64,000 nucleotides of DNA from an uncultured Acidobacteriota bacterium (lineage in GTDB: Bacteria; Acidobacteriota; Thermoanaerobaculia; UBA5066; Gp7-AA6), in the NCBI GenBank assembly GCA_963829925.1, contig CAWHKQ010000011.1, positions 3,337 through 67,336 on the forward strand, read 5' to 3'. Positions 43,480-52,156 of this stretch are shown here, piece after piece; position 1 is the first letter of the stretch, and each line of letters starts with the position of its first letter. The notes below the pieces were generated by a model, which worked only from the letters and a program-made list of their open reading frames with translations, did not search any database and was not told the origin of the DNA. The position numbers and the translations under genes were made by a program.

Positions 43480-45084
43480 TTGGGGAAGAAGCTTCGCTGG
43501 CGCATCCTGCTGATCGTCCTGGTCGTCGCCGGAGCCATTGCCGGCTTCGTCTGGACGGGCTACAACAACGCGAAGAAGGACTGGACCGGACCGGGCTCCC
43601 CGACCCTGACGGACGCCCTGAAGAAGGCCATCAAGCTCGGGCTCGACCTGCGCGGAGGCATTCACCTCGTGCTGCAGGTCAACACCGTCGACGCCGTGCG
43701 CGCCGAACGCAACGACGCGGTCGAGACGCTCAAGAGCGAGGCCCGGGACCTCAACCCGGGCCCGATCGAGCTGCCGACCGACGCCTCGTTCTCCGTGACC
43801 GTGCCCCCGCAGACGGACACGGCGAAGCTCGAAGAGATCGCGAAGCGCTTCCTGCCGGACTGGACGTACAGCACGGCGGGAGGCAAGTGGGTCTTCGTCC
43901 TGAAGGACCCGGCGCGGCGGGCCATCGAGGACAGCTCCGTCGCGCAGGCCCTCGAGACGATCCGCAACCGCGTCGACGAGTTCGGCGTGGCCGAGGCGCT
44001 GATCGCCCGCCAGGGCACGAACCGGATCCTGGTGCAGCTGCCCGGAATCGACGACCCGAAGCGGGTCAAGGACCTGATCAAGAACACGGCTTTCCTCGAG
44101 CTGTCGATCGTGGAGAAGGGGCCCTCGACCGAAGCGGCGCTGCTCGCCGAGTATCCGGGCGGCCGGATCCCGGCCGACCTCCGGCTGGTCGAGGCGCGCG
44201 CCGAGCCCGGCAGCCGCGAGCGCTCCTTCTACGTCGTGCGCAAGCAGGCGGCCATCACGGGCCGCGACCTGAAGAACGCGCGGCCGGCCCAGGGACAGCT
44301 CGGATCCCATTCGGTGTCCTTCTTCCTGACGGCGGGCGGCTCCCAGAAGTTCGGCGCCGTGACCGGGGCCAACATCAACAAGCGGCTGGCGATCATCCTC
44401 GACAACCGCGTGCAGTCCGCTCCCAACATCAAGGACCGCATCGAGGATCAGGGCGTGATCGAGGGAACCTTCACTCCCGAAGAGGCCAACGATCTCGCTC
44501 TCGTGCTCCGGGCCGGCGCTCTCCCGGCCGGGTTGACCTACCTGGAGGAGCGGACCGTCGGCCCCTCGCTCGGCCTCGACTCCATCCGGAAAGGCATCAC
44601 CGCGTCGGTCGTCGGCGCCGTGCTCGTCTTCGTGGCGCTCATCCTCTACTACCGCAAGGCCGGCCTGAACGCCGTCATCGCCCTGCTGCTCAACGCCCTG
44701 CTGCTCGCGGCCGCGATGGCGCTGTTCGATGCGACGCTGACCCTGCCGGGCATCGCCGGATTCATCCTGACGATCGGTATGGCCGTCGACTCGAACGTCC
44801 TCGTCTTCGAGCGCATCCGGGAAGAGCTCCGCAACGGGCGGGCTCCCAAGGCGGCCATCGAGAACGGGTTTTCGAAGGCCTTCGCGACGATCGTGGACAC
44901 GCACGCGACGACGATCATCTCGGCGCTGTTCCTGCTCCAGTTCGGGACCGGACCCGTCAAGGGGTTCGCGGTCACCCTGATCATCGGTCTCCTGATCTCG
45001 ATGTTCACGGCGGTCTTCGTGTCGCACACGCTGTTCGAGCTCGTCTACGGGCGCCGCCAGCACATCGACAGCATTTCGATCTAG
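43480..45084 (+). CDS. secD: Protein translocase subunit SecD
   Basis: LGLDLRGG, IRNRVDEFGV, VGPSLG, GMAVDSNVL.FERIREE and VKGFAVTL. Confidence 0.96.
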   Translation: MGKKLRWRILLIVLVVAGAIAGFVWTGYNNAKKDWTGPGSPTLTDALKKAIKLGLDLRGGIHLVLQVNTVDAVRAERNDAVETLKSEARDLNPGPIELPTDASFSVTVPPQTDTAKLEEIAKRFLPDWTYSTAGGKWVFVLKDPARRAIEDSSVAQALETIRNRVDEFGVAEALIARQGTNRILVQLPGIDDPKRVKDLIKNTAFLELSIVEKGPSTEAALLAEYPGGRIPADLRLVEARAEPGSRERSFYVVRKQAAITGRDLKNARPAQGQLGSHSVSFFLTAGGSQKFGAVTGANINKRLAIILDNRVQSAPNIKDRIEDQGVIEGTFTPEEANDLALVLRAGALPAGLTYLEERTVGPSLGLDSIRKGITASVVGAVLVFVALILYYRKAGLNAVIALLLNALLLAAAMALFDATLTLPGIAGFILTIGMAVDSNVLVFERIREELRNGRAPKAAIENGFSKAFATIVDTHATTIISALFLLQFGTGPVKGFAVTLIIGLLISMFTAVFVSHTLFELVYGRRQHIDSISI

Positions 45085-45103
45085 CCAGAAGAAAGAAGCA
45101 GAG

Positions 45104-46358
45104 ATGGAGCTTTTCCGCCAGACCAACATCGACTTTCTCCGGTACAAGTGGTGGGCGATCGGCGCCTCCTGGGCGCTGATCCTCCTCGGCGTCTTCACGG
45201 TGTTCGTGCAGAAGGGCCTGAAGTTCGGCATCGACTTCTCCGGAGGAACGGCGATCGCCGTCCGCTTCGCCGCGCCCCCCGACATCGACCGGCTGCGCAC
45301 GCTCCTGGAGGGCGCCGGCCTCGGCGAGATCGGCATCCAGCGCTACGAGGAGCCCGAGAAGAACTCGGTGCTGATCCGGGTGCAGCAGCAGGCCGCCGAA
45401 GGCCGGGACGTGGCCGACGACGTGCTCCAGGCCCTCCGGCAGGGTCTCCAGGCGCCGGCCGACCCGGGCAAGATCGACATCAACACGGAGGGCCGCGCCA
45501 CGCTGGCGGCGCGCCTGGCGGCCGCCGATCCCGACCGCGTCGCCGGCCGGTCCGACGTCGATCCCAACGCCGCTTACACGCAGGTCGCCGAGCGAATCAT
45601 CGCGCGGCGCTCGGAGCTCGGGCTCTTCAAGAGCCCCGCGGACATCGCCTCCGTTCCGGAGATCTCGGCGGCGGACAAGGCGTGGATCCAGGCCAACACG
45701 ACCGCGGGGCCCTTCGTGCTGCTCTCGGCCGAGAACGTCGGCCCGCAGGTCGGAAAAGACCTCCAGAAGAAGGCCATCCTGGCCATCGTCTGGTCCACGA
45801 TCGGCATGCTCGCCTACATCGCCTTCCGATTCCGGTCGCTGCCCTTCGGCGTCGGAGCCATCGTCGCGCTCATCCACGACACGCTCATCACGGTCGGGTT
45901 GCTCGCGCTGCTCGGCCGGGAGTTCAACCTGGTCGTCGTCGCCGCTCTCCTGACGCTCATCGGCTACTCGGTCAACGACACGGTCGTCGTCTACGACCGC
46001 GTGCGCGAGAACATGAAGACGCCGAAGAAGGAACCGCTCGAGGCGGTGATCAACCGGTCGATCAACCAGACGCTGTCCCGGACGATCCTCACTTCGGGCG
46101 CGACGATGCTCGTCGTGATCGCGATGTTCTTCCTCGGCGGCGAGGTTCTGAGGACCTTCGCCCTGACCCTGATGATCGGGATCATCATCGGAACGTATTC
46201 CTCGATCTACGTCGCCGCGGCGATCGTCGTCATCTGGAAGGAGTTCAAGAACCGGGGCAAGCTGGCCGTGGTTCCGGCGCGCGGTGAAGACCGAGCCGGT
46301 TCCGCCGGCCGCCACGGCGCCTCCCTCCGGCCGGAAGAAGCAGAAGGGCCGGCGGTAG
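45104..46358 (+). CDS. secF: Protein translocase subunit SecF (3' end probably 46358 after an indel; the ORF track reads to 46411)
   Basis: FGIDFSGG, VGPQVG, IHD, GYSVNDTVVVYDRVREN, QTLSRT and GTYSSIY; KKQKGRR-stop lies in a shifted frame. Confidence 0.95.
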
Positions 46359-46407
46359 AGCCTTCCCTCCTTTGCCTTCCTCCGGGTAACGCCGTACCCT
46401 TCCCGGG

Positions 46408-48591
46408 ATGATCCATTTCGAGGAGATCCTCGAAAAGGTCGAGGCCTACAACCCGAACAGCGACCTCGACCTGCTGCGGCGCGCCTACGTGTTCTCGGCC
46501 CGGGAGCACAAGGGGCAGGTGCGGCGCTCGGGGGAACCCTACCTCGTCCACCCTCTCAACGTCGCCTCGATCCTCGCCGACCTGAAGGCGGACGACGTGT
46601 CGATCGTCGTCGGGCTGCTCCACGACGTCCTCGAGGACACGCTGACGTCCCGGGAGGCGGTGGCCCAGCAGTTCGGCGAGGAGGTCGCGGAGCTGGTCGA
46701 CGGGCTGACCAAGATCGGCAGGTTCTCCTACGTCTCGCGCGAAGAGGAGCAGGCGGAGACCTTCCGCAAGATGATCCTCGCGATGATCTCGGACCTCCGG
46801 ATCGTCCTCGTCAAGCTGGCCGACCGCCTCCACAACATGCGCACGCTCGGCTTCCTGCCGGAGGCCAAGCGCCGCGAGATCGCCCGCGAGACGCTCGACA
46901 TCTACGCGCCGATCGCGCACCGCCTCGGCATGGGGAGCGTGCGGGGCGAGCTCGAGGACCTGGCGTTTCTGTATCTCGAGCCCGAGGAGCAGGAGCGCGT
47001 CGCCCGCGAAGTGGCCCGGCGGATGAAGGTCTCCGAGACGATGATCGGCGAGATCCGGAGGCGCATCGAGGCGCGGCTCGAGGAGGCCGAGATCCCGGGC
47101 GAAGTCTCCGGGCGGATGAAGCGGTATTTCTCGATCTGGTCCAAGATGAAGCGCACCGGCGTCGACGCCGCCCAGCTCTACGACATCCTCGCCTTCCGGG
47201 TCGTCGTCCCCGAGACGCGCGACTGTTACGCCGTGCTCGGCATGGTGCACCAGCTCTGGCGCCCGGTGCCCGGGCGGATCAAGGACTACGTCGCGATGCC
47301 GAAGCCCAACTTCTACCAGTCGCTCCACACGACGGTGATCGGCGAAGCGGGGCAACCGTTCGAGATCCAGATCCGGACCCGCGAGATGGACCTGATCGCC
47401 GAGCGGGGGATCGCGGCGCACTGGAAGTACAAGGAGGGCCGGCTCGGCCCGCACGCCGACGACGCGCGGTTCCAGTGGCTCCGGCAGCTGGTGGACTGGC
47501 AGAGCGACGTTTCCGACCCGCGACAGTTCCTGTCGTCCCTGAAGGTCGACCTCTATCCGGACGAGGTCTACACGTTCACCCCGCGGGGCGAGGTCTTCGC
47601 GTTTCCGCGCGGAGCGACGCCGATCGACTTCGCCTATCGGGTCCACACGGACGTCGGGCACCGGTGCGTCGGCGCGCGGGTCAACGGCAAGCTCGTGCCG
47701 CTGCGCACGCCCCTCCAGAGCGGAGACATCGTCGAGATCCTGACGGCGCCCAACCAGGCGCCCTCGCGCGACTGGCTCTCCTCGGTCGTGACGAGCCGCG
47801 CCCGCCACAAGATCCGCCACTTCATCCACGAAGAGGAGAAGCGGCAGGCGGTCGAGCTCGGGAGGCGTCTCCTCGAGCGGGAGCTCAAGAAATTCAAGCG
47901 CACCGTCAAGAAGCTGACCACCGACGGCACGCTCGCCCGCGAGCTGCCGCACTGGGGCTTCTCCCGCGTCGAGGACCTGTACGCGGCGATCGGCTACGGG
48001 AAGCTCGCGCCCCGGAACGCCCTGGAGCGGTTCGTGCCCGCCGAGGAGCTGACCCGCCCCGAAGCCGATCGGAAGGAATCGGCGGTGTCGCGCGTGGTCC
48101 GGAAGATCCTGCCGTTCGGCGTGCCCGACATCGTGGTCGTCGGACACAAGGACCTGCTCGCGGTGCTCGCCAAGTGCTGCAATCCCGTGCCCGGCGAGAA
48201 GATCATCGGCTACATCACTCGCGGCCGGGGGGTTTCGGTGCACTCGGAGAGCTGCCCGAACGTCAAGAACCTGCTGTACGACCCGGGCCGCAAGATCGAC
48301 GTGCAGTGGGCCGGTGAGAAGAAGGCGGCCTACGCCATCGAGCTCGAGGTTTCGACCGAAGACCGTCCCGGCCTGCTCGCCGACGTGACCCAGGCGATCG
48401 CCGGCGAAGGCTCGAACATCCGCCGCATCGAGGCGCGCGTCGAGGAGACGCGCGAGGCCACGGTCAGCGTGTCCCTCGAGACGGCGGACCTGAGGCAGCT
48501 CGAGAAGATCCTGGGCCGGATCCGGGCGATCAGCGGCGTGCGCGAGGTGGTCCGAAAGTACAACGTGCCGAAGGCGGGGGAGCGGGAGTGA
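46408..48591 (+). CDS. rel: Bifunctional (p)ppGpp synthetase/hydrolase Rel (HD-SYNTH-TGS-ACT)
   Basis: GEPYLVHP, LHD, ADRLHNMRTL, YQSLHT, AAHWKYKE, TPIDFAY, KCCNP and DRPGLL. The hydrolase HD motif is intact. Confidence 0.95.
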   Translation: MIHFEEILEKVEAYNPNSDLDLLRRAYVFSAREHKGQVRRSGEPYLVHPLNVASILADLKADDVSIVVGLLHDVLEDTLTSREAVAQQFGEEVAELVDGLTKIGRFSYVSREEEQAETFRKMILAMISDLRIVLVKLADRLHNMRTLGFLPEAKRREIARETLDIYAPIAHRLGMGSVRGELEDLAFLYLEPEEQERVAREVARRMKVSETMIGEIRRRIEARLEEAEIPGEVSGRMKRYFSIWSKMKRTGVDAAQLYDILAFRVVVPETRDCYAVLGMVHQLWRPVPGRIKDYVAMPKPNFYQSLHTTVIGEAGQPFEIQIRTREMDLIAERGIAAHWKYKEGRLGPHADDARFQWLRQLVDWQSDVSDPRQFLSSLKVDLYPDEVYTFTPRGEVFAFPRGATPIDFAYRVHTDVGHRCVGARVNGKLVPLRTPLQSGDIVEILTAPNQAPSRDWLSSVVTSRARHKIRHFIHEEEKRQAVELGRRLLERELKKFKRTVKKLTTDGTLARELPHWGFSRVEDLYAAIGYGKLAPRNALERFVPAEELTRPEADRKESAVSRVVRKILPFGVPDIVVVGHKDLLAVLAKCCNPVPGEKIIGYITRGRGVSVHSESCPNVKNLLYDPGRKIDVQWAGEKKAAYAIELEVSTEDRPGLLADVTQAIAGEGSNIRRIEARVEETREATVSVSLETADLRQLEKILGRIRAISGVREVVRKYNVPKAGERE

Positions 48592-48613
48592 CGCGCGAAG
48601 CGTAGCCGTCGCG

Positions 48614-48707
48614 CGTCATCCCGAGCGTCGCGAGGGATATCGGACGCGCCTCGGGACCCGGCGACGAGGCGCGGGATCCCTCGTCGCTCAGCTCCTGCGG
48701 GATGACG
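48614..48707. repeat. CGTC-tagged palindromic element (REPIN/MITE-like)
   Basis: Perfect 10-bp terminal inverted repeats cgtcatcccg/cgggatgacg, with nested IRs gagggat/atccctc and cgcgcctcg/cgaggcgcg. Lies between the convergent rel and rpmB genes. Confidence 0.8.
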
Positions 48708-48724
48708 GGCTGTGTGGGGGAGGC

Positions 48725-48940
48725 CTAGGCCTTCGCGGCCTTCGGGCGGGCGACGGGCTTGGAGACTTTGCCCGAACGGATGCAGCGTGTGCACGCCGAG
48801 ACGCGCCGGCTGACGCCGCCGATGACGGCGCGCACCGTCTTCAGATTCAGATGCCACTTGCGGTTCGAGATGTTGTGCGCGTGGCTGATGCTGTGTCCGG
48901 TCATCGGAATCTTTCCGCAAAACTGACAGTGCTGAGCCAT
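48725..48940 (-). CDS. rpmB: 50S ribosomal protein L28 (Zn-ribbon type)
   Basis: MAQHCQFCGK..GHSISHAHN..RKW.LNL and CTRCIRSGKV. Confidence 0.95.
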   Translation of the reverse strand: MAQHCQFCGKIPMTGHSISHAHNISNRKWHLNLKTVRAVIGGVSRRVSACTRCIRSGKVSKPVARPKAAKA

Positions 48941-49093
48941 GGTTTTCCCTTTCCGGACCTTCGGGTCGAAAAAACCCGCGAAGCCTACACCGCGGTTGTC
49001 GTCGACGCAACAAAGAACAGCTGTCCATTTTGTTGCGAGCCTGTCCGAGAGGCTTAAGTCTTTGCACGCCGGATGGTTTCAGGTTTCTATCTC

Positions 49094-49122
49094 TTGACTA
49101 CAGGAAATCCTTTTGCTATTTT
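49094..49122 (+). promoter_or_regulatory. sigma70-like promoter of the pilMNOPQ operon
   Basis: TTGACT-N17-TATTTT with an extended TG, in an AT-rich intergenic region. Confidence 0.6.
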
Positions 49123-49189
49123 GGCAACCAGCCGTAATAACCATAGGTCGAAGCCCGTAACCGTCTTTCTTTTTTCGGTAAGGCGAAGC

Positions 49190-50251
49190 GTGCTGTTCAG
49201 AAAATCCAAGAACCTGGTGGGTCTCGACATCGGGTCCTCGGCGATCAAACTCGTCGAACTAAAGGACTCGAAGGGTGGGGGATACCGTCTGGTGAAGACC
49301 GGCCTCGAGTCCCTGTCCCCCGAGGCCATCGTCGACGGCGCGATCATGGACTCCTCCCTGGTCGTCGACACCGTGAATCGCATCGTTTCGGCCCTCAGCG
49401 TGCGCAACCAGGAGTTCGGCACGTCTCTGTCCGGCCACTCGGTCATCATCAAGAAGATCTCGCTGCCGGCCATGTCACCGGAGGAGCTCGCCGAGTCCAT
49501 CCGGTGGGAGGCCGAGCAGTACGTCCCGTTCGACATCAACGACGTCAACCTCGACTACGTCGTTCTGGAGTCCGGCGGCGGCGAAACGATGGATGTCCTG
49601 CTGGTGGCCGTCAAGAAGGACAAGATCGGCGACTACACCAGCGTCATCACCCAGGCCGGGAAGACGCCGGTGCTCGTGGACGTGGACGCCTTCGCGCTGC
49701 AGAACGCGTACGAAGCCAACTACCCGGTCGAGCCGGGGCGCGTCGTGGCCCTGGTCAACATCGGCGCCTCCGTGACCAACGTCAACATCCTCTCCGGGGC
49801 CAACACGATTTTCTGGCGCGACATCTCCTTCGGGGGCAACCAGTACACCGACGCGATCCAGAAGCAGCTTTCGCTCTCCTTCGACCAGGCGGAGTCGCTC
49901 AAGAAGGGGGAGAAGTCGGGCGACCACTCGCTCCAGGACATTCTCCCGATCCTGCGGTCCGTCTCCGACGACCTGGCCCAGGAGCTCCAGAAGACCTTCG
50001 ACTTCTTCCTCGCCACGACCTCGACAGAGAAAATCGACCAGATCTTCATCTCGGGCGGGTCGTCCCGCGTCGTCAACCTCGACACACAGCTCAAAGACCG
50101 GTTCTCCATCGCCGTCGAGATCCTCAACCCCTTCCGCCAGATCGACATCGCGGGGGCACCGGTCTCGGGAGAGTGGCTGACGGATAACGCGCCGAGCCTG
50201 GCCGTGGCCGTGGGGCTCGCGATCCGCCACGTCGGGGACGAAGCGGCTTGA
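49190..50251 (+). CDS. pilM: Type IV pilus assembly protein PilM
   Basis: VGLDIGSSAIK, EAEQYVPF, LVNIGAS and ISGGSS (actin-like fold); start of the pil cluster. Confidence 0.95.
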   Translation: MLFRKSKNLVGLDIGSSAIKLVELKDSKGGGYRLVKTGLESLSPEAIVDGAIMDSSLVVDTVNRIVSALSVRNQEFGTSLSGHSVIIKKISLPAMSPEELAESIRWEAEQYVPFDINDVNLDYVVLESGGGETMDVLLVAVKKDKIGDYTSVITQAGKTPVLVDVDAFALQNAYEANYPVEPGRVVALVNIGASVTNVNILSGANTIFWRDISFGGNQYTDAIQKQLSLSFDQAESLKKGEKSGDHSLQDILPILRSVSDDLAQELQKTFDFFLATTSTEKIDQIFISGGSSRVVNLDTQLKDRFSIAVEILNPFRQIDIAGAPVSGEWLTDNAPSLAVAVGLAIRHVGDEAA

Positions 50252-50895
50252 TCAGGATCAACCTCCTCACCGAGGCCAGGGCGGCGGCCGCCAGGAAGAA
50301 GGGGCCGGCCCTTCCGACGGGAGCCAAGCTCAACAACCTGCTTCTGATCGGAGGGCTCGCCCTCGGTCTCATCTACATCGGAACCATGTTCCTGGTCCTG
50401 ACCGCGAACCGCCGCCGCCTCGACGAAGAGATCGGGAAGGCCAAGGAAGAAGTGGCCCGGCTCAAGTCGATCATCGACGAGGTGAAGGGTTACGAGGACA
50501 AGAAGCGCAGCCTCGAGGCCAAGATCGCCCTGATCAACGGACTGAAAACCAATCAGAAGGGCCCCGTCCGCCTGATGGACGAGGTGTCCAAGGCCCTGCC
50601 CGACCTGGTCTGGCTGACGGACATGCAGGTCGCGGGCGACCAGCTCACGCTCAAGGGGAAAACCCTTTCGCCCAACGCCGTGGCCACGTATCTCGAGAAC
50701 CTGAAGAAGAGCCCCTACTTCGCCGAGCCGGTCTTCAAGAACCTCGGCCGCGAGACCGGGCCTCAGGGGATCTACAACTGGGAGCTGGCCGTCAAGTTCA
50801 CGCACGGCCGGACGCCGGAGGCGGCGGCCGCGGCGGCGGCCGCGGGTGCTTCTCCTCAAACCGCGCCGGCCGCCGGCGCAAGGCCGGGAGCGTAA
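50248..50895 (+). CDS. pilN: Type IV pilus assembly protein PilN
   Basis: MIRINLL N-terminal motif, TM helix, coiled coil and PDLVWLT. Confidence 0.93.
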   Translation: MIRINLLTEARAAAARKKGPALPTGAKLNNLLLIGGLALGLIYIGTMFLVLTANRRRLDEEIGKAKEEVARLKSIIDEVKGYEDKKRSLEAKIALINGLKTNQKGPVRLMDEVSKALPDLVWLTDMQVAGDQLTLKGKTLSPNAVATYLENLKKSPYFAEPVFKNLGRETGPQGIYNWELAVKFTHGRTPEAAAAAAAAGASPQTAPAAGARPGA

Positions 50896-50898
50896 GCC

Positions 50899-51594
50899 GT
50901 GGCTGTCTTCGGCATCAACATCGAAGAGAAACCCTGGTACTACGCGCTGGGTATCGGGCTCGTGGTCGGCGCCCTGGTCGCGGGGGCGGTGCACTGGTTC
51001 TGGTTCAAGCCGATGCAGCAGGAGATCGCCGCCAAGAAGGTCGAGCTCGAAGGGCCTCAACCAGGAGATCCAGAAGGGCCGCGCCGCCGAGCGCAAGCTC
51101 TCGCAGTTCCGCGAAGAGGTCAAGCGCGCTGGAGCTCGAGCTGTCCAAGCTCCTTCAGATCCTGCCGTCCAAGCGGAACACGGAAGAGCTCATCAAGCGC
51201 ATCGAGACGCTCACCCGGCAGGGTGACTTCACGCTGAAGAAATTCACGCCCGGCGAGTTCGTCCAGAAGGAGTTCTACGCCGAGTGGCCGATCGACATCC
51301 AGGTCGAGGGGACGTACCACAACCTGGCGCTGTTCTTCGACCGGATGAGCCGGTTCTCGCGCATCGTCAACGTCGAGGACCTGAAGGTCGGCGTGCTGGG
51401 CGACGTGCCCGGGAAATCGATCGCAGTCGCAGTTCACGGCCAAGACCTTCATCTATACGGGCGACGAGACCGGGCAGGCGACCTCGACCGGCGATCTGCC
51501 GCCGGGCGCCGTGGCCCAGCCGGGCGTCACCCCGCCCGCCGCCGACAAGGCGCAGTCGTTGAAGGCACGGGCCGAGGGACGGGGGGTCGAATGA
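50899..51594 (+). CDS. pilO: Type IV pilus assembly protein PilO; frameshifted
   Basis: TM helix, coiled coil, ILPSKRN, GTYHNL.LFFD.MSRFSRIVNV; ATGA overlap with the next gene. Confidence 0.88.
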
Positions 51595-52109
51595 AGCGTC
51601 TCCTCCTGATCCTCGGATTCGCCGCCGGCGGAGCCGCGAGCCTGCTCGGGCAGGCGCCGACGCCGGCGCCCGCGCCCGTGGTGACGCCTCAGGCCGTCAT
51701 CGCCCCCGTGCCCGAGTCCCCCGGTCAGTCTCTGCTGGATCAGGACGAGTCCGCCATGTCGGGCCGCGCCTACTCGTACGATCCGGCCGGACGGCGCGAC
51801 CCGTTCCGCTCGCTGCTGATTCGGGAGCAGAGCCGCGGCGGCGTCGATCGGCCCCCGGGGATCGCCGGCATCGCGATCGACGACCTGATCGTGCACGGGA
51901 TCTGGAAGACCCGCTCGGGGTTCGTCGCGCAGATCCGCGCCACCGACAACAAGAGCTATCTGATTCGCGCCGGCGATCTCCTCTACGACGGAGAGGTCAC
52001 GCGGGTGGGTCCGAACGAGGTTTCGTTCCGGCAGAACCTCAACGATCCGCAGAGCGTGAAGCCATTTCGGGAAGTGACGAAGCAGCTCAACGCGACGGTC
52101 AAGCAGTGA
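51591..52109 (+). CDS. pilP: PilP-like protein
   Basis: Signal peptide, YDPAGRRDPF motif, C-terminal beta domain with GDLLYDGEV. Confidence 0.8.
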   Translation: MKRLLLILGFAAGGAASLLGQAPTPAPAPVVTPQAVIAPVPESPGQSLLDQDESAMSGRAYSYDPAGRRDPFRSLLIREQSRGGVDRPPGIAGIAIDDLIVHGIWKTRSGFVAQIRATDNKSYLIRAGDLLYDGEVTRVGPNEVSFRQNLNDPQSVKPFREVTKQLNATVKQ

Positions 52110-52156
52110 GGGCGGACGACCAGGGGAACGGGCTTTTCCGCGCGACGGGAGGAACG

